From an uncultured Bacteroidaceae bacterium (GTDB lineage: Bacteria; CAIWAD01), in NCBI GenBank assembly GCA_964568855.1, contig CAZMSD010000003.1, positions 25,848 to 89,847 of the forward strand: a stretch of DNA of 64,000 nucleotides. Direction: 5' to 3'. Shown here in pieces: positions 11,202-20,231 of the stretch. The translations under genes were made by a program, and so were the position numbers. The notes under the pieces are model-generated. The model was not told the DNA's origin. It saw nothing but the letters and a program-made list of their open reading frames with translations, and ran no database searches. How positions within the stretch are numbered: position 1 is the first letter of the stretch; each line of letters begins with the position of its first letter.

Positions 11202-11947
11202 AGCTGACACTCAAAGTCTGGCGGCAGGCTTCCGCCGATGCTCAGGGACGGATCGAGACCATCCAGACGCCCGACATCTCGACCCACATGTCCTTCCTGG
11301 AAATGCTCGACGTGGTCAACGAGATGCTCGAGCGCGAGGGCCGGGAACCCGTCGCCTTCGACCACGACTGCCGCGAGGGAATCTGCGGCACCTGCTCGCT
11401 GATGATCAACGGGCTGGCCCACGGTCCCTGGGAGGCCACCACGGTCTGCCAGCTGCACATGCGCGAGTTCAAGGACGGCGACACCATCGTCGTGGAACCA
11501 TGGCGGGCGCGGGCCTTTCCCGTGCTGCGCGACCTGATCGTGGACCGCGGCGCCTTCGACCGGATCGTCCAGGCCGGCGGCTACGTGAGCGTCAACACCG
11601 GGGGGATCCCCGACGCCAACGCCATCCCCATCCGGCGCAAGGAGGCCGAGCTCTCAATGGACGCGGCGGCCTGCATCGGCTGCGGGGCCTGCGTGGCGAG
11701 CTGCAAGAACGCCAGCGCCATGCTCTTCGTCAGCGCCAAGGTCAGCCAGTTCGCGCACCTGCCGCAGGGACAGCCGGAACGCATGGAGCGCGTGCATAGA
11801 ATGGTGGCGCGGATGGACGCGGAAGGCTTCGGCAACTGCACCAACCTCTACGAGTGCGAGGCGGCCTGTCCCAAGGAAATCAAGATCAGCAACATCGCGC
11901 TGATGAACCGCGACTTCTGCAGGGCCGGGTTCTGCGAAGCGGATTGA
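11198..11947 (+). CDS. sdhB: Succinate dehydrogenase iron-sulfur subunit.
   Basis: GTG start overlaps the sdhA stop. Cys clusters are present for 2Fe-2S ([10 protein letters not shown]), 4Fe-4S ([11 protein letters not shown]) and 3Fe-4S (CEAACPK). Confidence 0.9.
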
Positions 11948-11986
11948 CGCGCCGGCGAGTGGCCCCCGCCGGCGCGGCCTGCGTCA
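11945..11986. terminator. Long GC-rich hairpin between convergent sdhB and the BNR gene; possible bidirectional terminator.
   Basis: TGACGC-GCCGGCG-agtggcccc-CGCCGGC-gcggcct-GCGTCA forms nested inverted repeats. There is no U-tract. Confidence 0.3.
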
Positions 11987-11990
11987 GTCG

Positions 11991-14423
11991 CTACTTCAAC
12001 AGGATCATCCGGCGGGTCTGCGTTCCCAGGCTGCTTTCCAGGCGGTAGAAATAGACGCCGGAGGGCTTTCCATCGCTGCGCCAGGTCAACTCGTGCCCTC
12101 CCGCGCCCAGGCGGCCGTCCACCAGCACTCCCACGTTCCGCCCCAGCACGTCGTACACCGTCAGCCGCACTCGCAGCGCCGCGGGCAGGTTGAAGGCGAT
12201 CGAGGTGTTCGGGTTGAAGGGGTTGGGATAGTTCATCCCCAGCATGTAAGACGATGCGCCAGGCGCGCCGACACCTGCGTCTCCGAGCTGCTGATGCCCG
12301 TAGAGACCCGTACCCGTGCCCACCAGCAGGTCGTCGTAGTAGATCACGTTGATCTGTGTGCCATCCGGATACTCCGCCTCCAGCGACCAGGAGGCCGCGC
12401 CGGTGTCGTACAGGTATATTCCCGTGTTCACCGCAACGTAGGGCGCCTCGACCCCGGTCCCGTCGTCGCCCACGGTGACTGCCAGGGCCGAGCCGCTCGC
12501 GGGCAGGCCGCTCCAGCTCATGACCGTCCAGGAACCCGATCCGTAGGTCTTGTAGTACACCACAGGGTGATCCGAGTTGTCGCAGCCCACGGCGTAGATG
12601 CCTCCCGCGCCGTCCAGGGCCATGTCCTTGATGCTGACCGCGTGGGTCATGTCCTGCGTCACGGTCCAGCCGGACATCGCGCTGCCCTCCACGCGGCAGA
12701 CGGCGTAGCTGGTGCCGTAGCCCAGCGAATAGGTGTAGTCCATCCCCACGTAGAAGACGCTGGTTCCCGATTCCTCGAGGAACAGGATGTCGTTGATGTC
12801 CCCGCCGTCCACGGGCATGGCCCCGCCGGTGATCTCGCTGAAGGATGCTCCGCCGTCCTCGCTGGCGAAGAGCATGCCCTTCATCGACTCGTCCTGGGCG
12901 TAGTAGCCGGCGGCCACCCGGGCGGGATCGTAGGGATCCACTTCGATGCTGCTGACCCAGCTGAAGAAATCCAGGTTCCAGGGAGCCTGCTGGGCGTCCA
13001 GGGTCTGCGTCCAGGTGCCGCCCCCGTCGTCGGTCGCGTAGACCCGGCAATTCCCGGCTAAGACCGTGTTGCCCGTGTGATCCGTGGTATCCATGGCGAT
13101 CGAGTAGTAGGGCGAGCCGTCGTTGTTGGGAAAGACGGCGTTGCTCCAGACGGGTGAAGTCTGGTAGTCCGTGACCTGGCGGATACCCGACTTGGAGGCC
13201 ACCCAGGCGATGTTCTTGTCGCTGTCCATCTCCAGGTCACGCACCTGCACCGCCTCGAGTCCATCGTCGATCTCGAAGATCGTGGCTCCGTTGTCGAGGG
13301 ATGAGCCGATGCCCTGGTCGGTCGTCATGTAGATCACAGTCGCATCCAGCGGATCGGAGATCACCGCGCCGTCGTTGGGATGGGTCTCGAAACCGGCGTC
13401 GCCGATGGAACTCCAGGTTCCGGAGTCGCCGCGGTCGTCGCTCATCGCCGTGCCGAAGTAGACGTAATACGAAGCGGCCCCGCCCGCGCAGTGAATTTCG
13501 TTACCGGCGGTTCCGCCGATGCCGGTGTCCAGCTCGGTCCACACGGCGCTTCCGCTGTCCAGGTAGGCGATGCCCTTCCCGTGAAAGGGCTCGCTGCCGA
13601 TCACTCCGCCCAGGAAGACGCGCTCGTCGGGTCCGGCTCCCGCGGCGCAATAATCCTCGGGCGTGGACAGGCCCGTGACACTCAGCGCGCCGAAAGTGGT
13701 CGCCGCGCTGAAAGAGCCCATGGCGTCGGAGGAGCGGTAGAGCGGCGCGGTGCTTTTCGCGTCGAGAATGAACAGATGGTCGCTGCCGCCGTAGGCGCCC
13801 GTGAACAGGGCCTGCCTGTCGCCGCCGAATGCGGGTGCGGCGATGGGCGAGTCGGCGTGCTCGAGGAAGGCGCCGCTGGCGCCGCCGATCGTCCCGAAGT
13901 GCAGGTCGCCGTTCTCGAGGTAGAACAGCATGCCTCCGTGGACCTCCAGCGCGGCGACCGGAGCTCCGTCCACCAGCGTCAGGCTGCCCGCGGAGTCTGT
14001 AACACGGTAGAGTCCCGACTGGTGAACGAAGAACAGCCAGCCGGAGGCCTCGTCGGCGGCGAGCAGCTGAATTCCGGAGCCGTAACCGTCATCGGCGTCC
14101 ACGTCCGGAATGGTCTGGAATGCCGCCGTCAGGGGCGGCGCCACGCTGTGATCCACGTCGGCGCAGAAGAGCGAATTGGCGCTCTCGGTGGCCAGGAAGA
14201 CCGTCGAGGACGACGCTCCCGTGGCGACGGCGTCGATGTTGTTCACTCTGCCGCCGTAGACGCTTTCCGCTTCGGGTCCGCCCAGGTCGGCCATGAGCGG
14301 ACGGGGAGCCGCCAGCAAGGCCAGCAGGCCGGCGACGAGAGGAACGCAGCAGCAGCCGCTCCGCGAACCGGTCCACAGGCGGCGCGTCCGCTTCGCCGTG
14401 AAATTCGAGGTCGAGATGCGCAT
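11991..14423 (-). CDS. Secreted BNR/Asp-box repeat (sialidase/Ycf48-like beta-propeller) protein with a T9SS (Por-type) C-terminal sorting domain.
   Basis: Several S-x-D-x-G-x-T-W Asp-box repeats are present (SDDRGDSGTWSS, TDDGGGTWTQ, SEDGGASFSE). The C-terminal ~80 aa (NYPNPFNPNTSIAFNLPAALRVRLTVYDVLGRNV...GVYFYRL...RMILLK) matches the Por_Secre_tail consensus. A signal peptide follows the probable start MRIST (14423). The ORF track extends to 14489. Confidence 0.75.
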   Translation of the reverse strand: MRISTSNFTAKRTRRLWTGSRSGCCCVPLVAGLLALLAAPRPLMADLGGPEAESVYGGRVNNIDAVATGASSSTVFLATESANSLFCADVDHSVAPPLTAAFQTIPDVDADDGYGSGIQLLAADEASGWLFFVHQSGLYRVTDSAGSLTLVDGAPVAALEVHGGMLFYLENGDLHFGTIGGASGAFLEHADSPIAAPAFGGDRQALFTGAYGGSDHLFILDAKSTAPLYRSSDAMGSFSAATTFGALSVTGLSTPEDYCAAGAGPDERVFLGGVIGSEPFHGKGIAYLDSGSAVWTELDTGIGGTAGNEIHCAGGAASYYVYFGTAMSDDRGDSGTWSSIGDAGFETHPNDGAVISDPLDATVIYMTTDQGIGSSLDNGATIFEIDDGLEAVQVRDLEMDSDKNIAWVASKSGIRQVTDYQTSPVWSNAVFPNNDGSPYYSIAMDTTDHTGNTVLAGNCRVYATDDGGGTWTQTLDAQQAPWNLDFFSWVSSIEVDPYDPARVAAGYYAQDESMKGMLFASEDGGASFSEITGGAMPVDGGDINDILFLEESGTSVFYVGMDYTYSLGYGTSYAVCRVEGSAMSGWTVTQDMTHAVSIKDMALDGAGGIYAVGCDNSDHPVVYYKTYGSGSWTVMSWSGLPASGSALAVTVGDDGTGVEAPYVAVNTGIYLYDTGAASWSLEAEYPDGTQINVIYYDDLLVGTGTGLYGHQQLGDAGVGAPGASSYMLGMNYPNPFNPNTSIAFNLPAALRVRLTVYDVLGRNVGVLVDGRLGAGGHELTWRSDGKPSGVYFYRLESSLGTQTRRMILLK

Positions 14424-14529
14424 GATGGATCCTTTCAGTGGTTGAGCACGCATTATCGGCACTTTACTCCCCGCTCTACAGCCGCGCATCGCGGCCCGCG
14501 ACGCGTTCTAAAACGGCTTCAAAGGTATG

Positions 14530-14547
14530 ATCTCCGATATCGGAGAT
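14530..14547. promoter_or_regulatory. Perfect 18-bp palindrome ATCTCCGATATCGGAGAT in a divergent intergenic region; candidate operator.
   Basis: Read directly from the sequence. It lies between the BNR gene (minus strand) and the LamG gene (plus strand). Confidence 0.3.
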
Positions 14548-14860
14548 GTGTGGGCGAGGTGACACGAAGCATGTATCCGGAATCAACAAGCGACGTACCG
14601 TGCGGCACTGTGTGTCACGACATGGCGGCACTCGATCTCACATCGTGTGATGAGCGCTCTCCTGCACCGATGATGATTCATGCGTCACCATCAGGCGAGC
14701 AGCGGCGGCCTTCGTGCGCCCGGCAGCCACTGGGAGTCCGTCGGTTTCGGCTAGATGGAGGAAATTCCGGTACAGGCGGATTTGAAGCGGCTTCGCCCCG
14801 CGCCAAATGTCACATTACTCTTTGCTGTTGAGGTACTGAAACAACGATGAGGATCAACCG

Positions 14861-15841
14861 ATGCGCTTCGCGATTTCCGTTCTGCTCCTTGCCGCACTGT
14901 GGGCCGCGCCCTGCCTCGCCGCGCCTCCCCTGCCGGTCGACGACCTGCAGATCGATTTCCTCCCGACCGGGGACGCAGTCCTGAGCTGGAACGCTCCCTC
15001 GCTGGACACGGAGGGCAATCCCCTCGTGGTGGACCGCTACCTAGTGCACTCCTCCCCCGATCCGCACTTCGAACCCGACACGGGTACGCTGCGCGCCGAA
15101 GTCGTGCAAACTTCCTGGACGGACGCGATGTCCTGGGACCTTCCTCCCCGGCGCTTCTATCGCGTGGTGGTAGAGGGCGAGGGCCACGCCTTTCTCTCGG
15201 GGCAGGTCGCCTGGTATCCCTTCGAGGGTAACGCCGACGACGCCGGCGGCAACGGGTATCACGGCCAGCTGCTTGGAGCAGCCAGCGCCCAGGGAACGCT
15301 GGAAATCGGCGACAACGACGAAGACGCGGTGGCTCTTCCGGGGGCCGTGTTCGACGGGCTGCAGGATTTCACCATCGCGGCGAGCCTGCGCTTCAATTCC
15401 CTGCACGCGAGCTGTCCCTCGGGATTCACGCCCGGCCACAGCCTGGTCAACTGCGGAACCCCGATGCAGGTCAACACGCTCTGGCTGATGTATCACCCTC
15501 CCGCCCACGGCTGGATCGTCTACGTCTACGGCAGCCACTTCCTGGAGATCTTCCCCGTGCCCGCGGAAGAATGGTATCACGTGACCTTCGTCCGCCAGGG
15601 CTGGCAAGTGACCCTGTATTACGAAGGCGGGGAGACCGGTTCGGTGGGCGGCATTCAACCGGCGCCGATCGATGCCTGGGACGGGGGCTGCTTCCTGGGC
15701 CAGGACCAGGACGTCTTCGGCGGCATGTTCGAGGCCTGCCAGTCCCTCAACGGCGGAATGGACGACTTGAGAGTCTTCGACCGCGCTCTGGATCCCGGCG
15801 AGGTGATGCAGCTTTACCTGCTGGATACCGGCGGAGAGTAG
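14861..15841 (+). CDS. Secreted protein with an N-terminal FN3-like segment and a concanavalin/LamG-like jelly-roll domain.
   Basis: It has a signal peptide MRFAISVLLLAALWAAPCLA. The LamG-like region runs from WYPFEGNADDAGGNGYHGQL through LRVFDRAL; this is a pattern match only. Confidence 0.55.
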   Translation: MRFAISVLLLAALWAAPCLAAPPLPVDDLQIDFLPTGDAVLSWNAPSLDTEGNPLVVDRYLVHSSPDPHFEPDTGTLRAEVVQTSWTDAMSWDLPPRRFYRVVVEGEGHAFLSGQVAWYPFEGNADDAGGNGYHGQLLGAASAQGTLEIGDNDEDAVALPGAVFDGLQDFTIAASLRFNSLHASCPSGFTPGHSLVNCGTPMQVNTLWLMYHPPAHGWIVYVYGSHFLEIFPVPAEEWYHVTFVRQGWQVTLYYEGGETGSVGGIQPAPIDAWDGGCFLGQDQDVFGGMFEACQSLNGGMDDLRVFDRALDPGEVMQLYLLDTGGE

Positions 15842-16096
15842 CAGTTCGCATGCACTCCGTATTTTTCTGAATACTCCTATTTGCATGTAGAACATTGTTA
15901 CAATTCCATTACATATGGAAGAATATTGAACATTATACTGTTGGTAGCATGGGATTTTTTCTTTGTGGAAATTGAACCTCCCAGCCTCAGTCGATCAGCG
16001 ACGCGGCAGGTTCAGGACTGATTCTTCGCGTCGCCGGGTAGACACTCGCGCTTAACTATCCCCCCACAAGCGCTGCAGCAATGGAAGCAAAGTCCG

Positions 16097-18367
16097 ATGG
16101 ACAAACCCATCCAGATCCTCTACATCGATGAGCTCGCCGCCGACCGGCGAATGGTCCGGGAGTCCCTGCGATCCGCGGCGGGTCGATTCGAGCTCTGCGA
16201 GGTCGAAACACCCGGGCAATTCGCGGCCCGGCTTGCTGAAGGCGTCTTCGACCTGGCGCTCTGCGGCCTGAACGTCCCGGATCCTGACGAACTGAGCATC
16301 ATCGAAGCCACGCGGGTGCATGACGCATCGCTGCCCGTATTGCTGGCGGTCGCGACCGATGCGGAGGAGACGGCCCTGGAAGGCCTCAGGCGCGGGGCGG
16401 CCGATTACGTCGTGAAGGCGTTTCCTCAACTGCGCCGCCTGCCCCACGCCCTGCTCGCCGCGCTGAAACACAGAATTCTCGAAGGCGAGCGCGACCGCTG
16501 CGATCTGCAACATCGCGCGCTCTTCGACCGCGCCCCCCTCGCCTACCAGTCCCTGGACCGGGAGGGCCGTTTCCTCGATATCAACCAGACCTGGCAGGAC
16601 ATCCTGGGCTACCGGCGGAGCGAGGTCCTGGGAAACTGGTTCGGGGATTACCTGGATCCGGACGAAGTGGAGAGCTTTCGCGAGGGATTCCAGCGTTTCC
16701 TCGATTCCGGCGAAGTGCAAGGAGTCGAGTTCAACCTGCGTCACAAGGACGGTGGTACGCGGACCATCCAGTTCGACGGCCGCATCACCGGGGTGGACGA
16801 CAACGGCAAGCTGCGGACGCATTGTATTCTGCATGATATCACCGAGCAGCGCAGGGCCGAAGAGGACCGCAGGCGTCTGGCAGCGGCCATCGAGCAGTCG
16901 TCCGAAACCGTGGTGATTACCGATCCGGAGGGCACGATCCTCTACGCCAACCCGGCTTTCGAACGTATCACGGGTTACACGCGGGAGGAAGCGGTCGGAC
17001 AGAATCCGCGGGTGCTCAAGAGCGGCAGGCACGACGAAGCCTTCTACAAGGACCTGTGGGAGACCATCAGCGGCGGTGAAGTCTGGCGGGGCCATTTCAT
17101 CAACAAGCGCAAGGATGAACGGCTCTACGAGGAAGAGGCCGCGATCTCGCCCGTCTTCGACGCGGCGGGCGAAATCTGCAACTACGTCGCCGTGAAGCGG
17201 GATGTGACACACGAGATCGAGCTGGAAAACCAGTTGCGCCAGGCGCAGAAGATGGAGGCCGTGGGGCAGCTCGCCGGCGGCGTCGCCCATGATTTCAACA
17301 ACATCCTCCAGGCCATGTTCGGCTACATCCGTTTCGCCATGCGGGACCTGTCCCCGGACGAGCAGCGTTACCGGGACATCGAGCAGATCAAGCAGGGGAC
17401 CGAGAGAGCCTCCACGCTGACCCGCCAGCTCCTGGCCTTCAGCCGGCGGCAGATAATACAGCCGGAGAATCTCGAGATCGGTCCGCTGGTCGACAACCTG
17501 CTCAAGCTCGTGAGACGCGTGATCGGAGAGGATGTGGCACTCGAGTTCCATGCCGCCGAAGACCTGCCGGCGATCCACGCCGACCCCACGCAGATCGAAC
17601 AGGTGCTGATGAACCTCTGCCTCAACGCCCGGGACGCCATGCCCGAGGGCGGCAGGTTGTCCATCGAGACCGCTGCGGCGGTTCTCGACGATGAATTCCG
17701 CCGGCTCCATCCCTGGGCCAGGACCGGCTCCTTCGTCCTGGTCAGCGTTTCCGACACCGGGCAGGGGATGGACGAAGAGACCAGGGCGCGCGTCTTCGAA
17801 CCCTTCTTCACCACCAAGGAACCGGGCAGGGGAACGGGGCTCGGTCTGTCCACCGTGTACGGTATCGTCAAGCAGCATGAGGGATTGCTCCACGTCAGCA
17901 GCCGACCGGGCCGGGGATCCACCTTCCGGGTCTACCTGCCCGCGGCGGACTCGCCCGCCGAAAAACCCGCAGAGCGCTCGCCGGAAGAGAGGCGAGGCCG
18001 CGGCGAGACGATCCTGGTGGCCGAGGACGACGTCCAGGTGCGTGAAATGGTCGCCCGCACCCTGCGGGAGGCGGGATACCGCGTTCACGCCGCCGAAGAC
18101 GGCGCGGAGGCCCTCGAGATCTTCAGCGCGCATTCGCAGGAGATCGCGCTGGCGCTGCTGGACGTGGTGATGCCGGGAATGGGCGGCACCGAAGTCTACG
18201 AGAGAATGCGGGCTCTCAAGCCATCGCTGCGGGTACTGTTTTCAAGCGGATACACGGATGATTTCATCCACTCGCGCACCCTCCTGCGCGGCGAACTCCG
18301 GTTGATCGCCAAACCCTTCGATCCTCTGCGCCTGCTGGGCAGGGTTCGCGAAATGCTTGACGGCTGA
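16097..18367 (+). CDS. Hybrid sensor histidine kinase: N-terminal receiver, two PAS domains, HisKA, HATPase_c, C-terminal receiver.
   Basis: The N-terminal receiver begins [13 protein letters not shown] domain ends are marked by [12 protein letters not shown] and [11 protein letters not shown]. The H-box is [12 protein letters not shown]-boxes are present (GTGLGLS). The C-terminal receiver begins [13 protein letters not shown] and includes [11 protein letters not shown]. Confidence 0.85.
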   Translation: MDKPIQILYIDELAADRRMVRESLRSAAGRFELCEVETPGQFAARLAEGVFDLALCGLNVPDPDELSIIEATRVHDASLPVLLAVATDAEETALEGLRRGAADYVVKAFPQLRRLPHALLAALKHRILEGERDRCDLQHRALFDRAPLAYQSLDREGRFLDINQTWQDILGYRRSEVLGNWFGDYLDPDEVESFREGFQRFLDSGEVQGVEFNLRHKDGGTRTIQFDGRITGVDDNGKLRTHCILHDITEQRRAEEDRRRLAAAIEQSSETVVITDPEGTILYANPAFERITGYTREEAVGQNPRVLKSGRHDEAFYKDLWETISGGEVWRGHFINKRKDERLYEEEAAISPVFDAAGEICNYVAVKRDVTHEIELENQLRQAQKMEAVGQLAGGVAHDFNNILQAMFGYIRFAMRDLSPDEQRYRDIEQIKQGTERASTLTRQLLAFSRRQIIQPENLEIGPLVDNLLKLVRRVIGEDVALEFHAAEDLPAIHADPTQIEQVLMNLCLNARDAMPEGGRLSIETAAAVLDDEFRRLHPWARTGSFVLVSVSDTGQGMDEETRARVFEPFFTTKEPGRGTGLGLSTVYGIVKQHEGLLHVSSRPGRGSTFRVYLPAADSPAEKPAERSPEERRGRGETILVAEDDVQVREMVARTLREAGYRVHAAEDGAEALEIFSAHSQEIALALLDVVMPGMGGTEVYERMRALKPSLRVLFSSGYTDDFIHSRTLLRGELRLIAKPFDPLRLLGRVREMLDG

Positions 18368-18388
18368 GACCAAGGTCCGAGGTAATCC

Positions 18389-18766
18389 ATGCAGAGAATC
18401 CTGGTCGTCGACGATGACCGGCATGTACGGGAGACGATCGCAAGAACCCTGGCGGATCACAGCTATGACGTGGAATCCGCCGAGGAGGGCGGCGCCGCCT
18501 CGAGGCTCCACCGGCGGAAGCCTGCGGACCTGCTGGTCACGGACATCATCATGCCCCGGCAGGAGGGCCTGGAAACCATCATGGAGCTCCGCCGGGATTT
18601 TCCCGACCTGAAGATCATCGCCATTTCGGGGGGCGGGCGCGGGAAGGCGGCGGACTACCTGGAAATCGCCGGGCGCATGGGGGCCGACATGACGATCGAG
18701 AAACCCATCGATCCCGATGCCCTGCTCCGGGCGATCGAAGGGATGATCGGCGCCCCGGGCAACTGA
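18389..18766 (+). CDS. Single-domain response regulator (CheY-like receiver).
   Basis: ILVVDDD...LLVTDIIMPRQEGLE...KIIAISG are receiver-domain motifs. The product is 125 aa. It lies immediately after the hybrid kinase. Confidence 0.8.
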   Translation: MQRILVVDDDRHVRETIARTLADHSYDVESAEEGGAASRLHRRKPADLLVTDIIMPRQEGLETIMELRRDFPDLKIIAISGGGRGKAADYLEIAGRMGADMTIEKPIDPDALLRAIEGMIGAPGN

Positions 18767-18799
18767 GGATACCGCGAGTCTGATCCCGCCCGCGGCGAT

Positions 18800-19612
18800 T
18801 CACCCCGCGGATTTCAGGGCTTCGATGCTCGCCGAAATCACCACGTCTTCCAGGTTCCGCCCCGGCGACCAGCGACGGATCAGCTCGCGACTCTCCTCCC
18901 GGGGACGAATGCGGATCTCCACGAAGCCGGCCTCGGCTATCATGGATTCCAGGTCGTCGACGCTCGCGGCCCCCGTGATACAGGCGGAATAGTACTCGGC
19001 CTTCTCCAGCAGCTCGGCGGGAATCTCCCCCGCGGCCACCACGTCGGAGACCGCCAGCCGGCCCCCCGGCCGCAGCACGCGGTAGGCTTCGCGGAACACG
19101 GCAGGCTTGTCGGGCGAGAGGTTGATCACGCAGTTGGAGAGGATCACGTCCACGCTGCCGTCCGCCAGGGGCAGGCGCTCGATCTCGCCCAGGCGGAATT
19201 CCACGTTGTCGAGACGGCCGCGCTCGGCGTTCGCGCGAGCCTTGGACAGCATTTCCGGGGTCATGTCCACACCGATCACGCGGCCCTCTTCGCCCACTTT
19301 CCGGGCGGCCAGGAAGCAATCGAAGCCCCCGCCGCTGCCCAGGTCCAGCACGGTCTGACCCGGCCTCAGCGAAGCGATGGCCTGCGGATTTCCGCAGCCA
19401 AGGCCCATGTTGGCGCCCTCGGGCATCCCGGCCAGGTCCTCCCTGGTGTAGCCCATCTCGAGGGCCAGGTCCTCGGAGAGTTCCGCTCCGCCGTCCCCGC
19501 AGCATGAACTCGGGCCGCAACCGCAGTCCCCGGCCGCAGTCCGCTGAGCCACCGAAGCGTAGTTCTCGCGCACTTCCTGTCGGATTTCATTTCTGGTTTT
19601 CATATCGGACAC
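18800..19612 (-). CDS. arsM: Arsenite S-adenosylmethionine methyltransferase.
   Basis: The SAM-binding motif VLDLGSGGGFD is present. Conserved As(III)-binding Cys residues occur (CGCG...CC, LGCGNP, SNCVINL). Overall similarity is to ArsM/AS3MT. Confidence 0.8.
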   Translation of the reverse strand: MSDMKTRNEIRQEVRENYASVAQRTAAGDCGCGPSSCCGDGGAELSEDLALEMGYTREDLAGMPEGANMGLGCGNPQAIASLRPGQTVLDLGSGGGFDCFLAARKVGEEGRVIGVDMTPEMLSKARANAERGRLDNVEFRLGEIERLPLADGSVDVILSNCVINLSPDKPAVFREAYRVLRPGGRLAVSDVVAAGEIPAELLEKAEYYSACITGAASVDDLESMIAEAGFVEIRIRPREESRELIRRWSPGRNLEDVVISASIEALKSAG

Positions 19613-19674
19613 TCCTTTGGATTCGATTCCCTGGCAAGCACAGCGACGGAAGCACCGGGTGGACGATCAGTGGT

Positions 19675-20010
19675 TCACCGGTCTTCGTCCACGCGCATGC
19701 TGAAAACGGAAGCCAGAACGCGCGCCGCCTCCTCGTCCACCCAGCATTCCACGTGCCTGCCTCTGCGCTCCATGCGGATCAGGCCCGCCCTGCGCAGTTC
19801 CTTCAGGTGGTGGGATACGGTGGCCGGGGCCAGGTCCAGTCGATCCACCACGTTACCCACGCAACAGGCTTGCCCTTCCACCGGCCGGCAGACCCCGTTC
19901 CGGCCGCAGCAGTCAAGGTATTCCAGGAAGATCCTCAGACGATGGGGATTGGACAAGGCCTTGAACTGCTCGGCCAGTTGATTCAGTTCGATGATACTAT
20001 AATTCGACAT
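19675..20010 (-). CDS. arsR: ArsR/SmtB-family metalloregulator.
   Basis: The HTH segment is LSNPHRLRIFLEYL. A Cys-rich sensing segment DCCGRNGVCRPVEGQACC follows. It lies directly upstream of arsM. Confidence 0.8.
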   Translation of the reverse strand: MSNYSIIELNQLAEQFKALSNPHRLRIFLEYLDCCGRNGVCRPVEGQACCVGNVVDRLDLAPATVSHHLKELRRAGLIRMERRGRHVECWVDEEAARVLASVFSMRVDEDR

Positions 20011-20016
20011 ATTTCG

Positions 20017-20042
20017 AATATTAGAATTGTATTCGGATTCTG
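20017..20042. promoter_or_regulatory. Imperfect inverted repeat TCGAATA-n9-TATTCGg immediately upstream of arsR; candidate ArsR operator.
   Basis: It is located 7-32 nt upstream of the arsR start codon. ArsR-type operators are usually imperfect dyads that overlap the promoter. Confidence 0.3.
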
Positions 20043-20231
20043 CAAGTCGAAACGGCAGGCGGCGGCAGGCAGGACTCCTGGAATTGAAACTGGAACGGTC
20101 GGATGGTTATCGCCGGTCGGCGCCATGCCGGTGTCCCCTTGCGGAGTAACCGTTGCGCCTGAAACAAGGTGGGTCATGGAGCGGTGAGTTACACCGCAAG
20201 TAGATCAAGGTTTCCGGATCTTCGTGAGGGC

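Noticed and set aside
16800-17210. GTGACAC / GATATCAC occurrences at the ends of PAS domains (16840, 17204; also 46676, 46766).
   Set aside because: These are explained by the conserved PAS D-I/V-T peptide motif and were discounted when judging heptamer enrichment. They account for only 3-4 of the ~43 sites.
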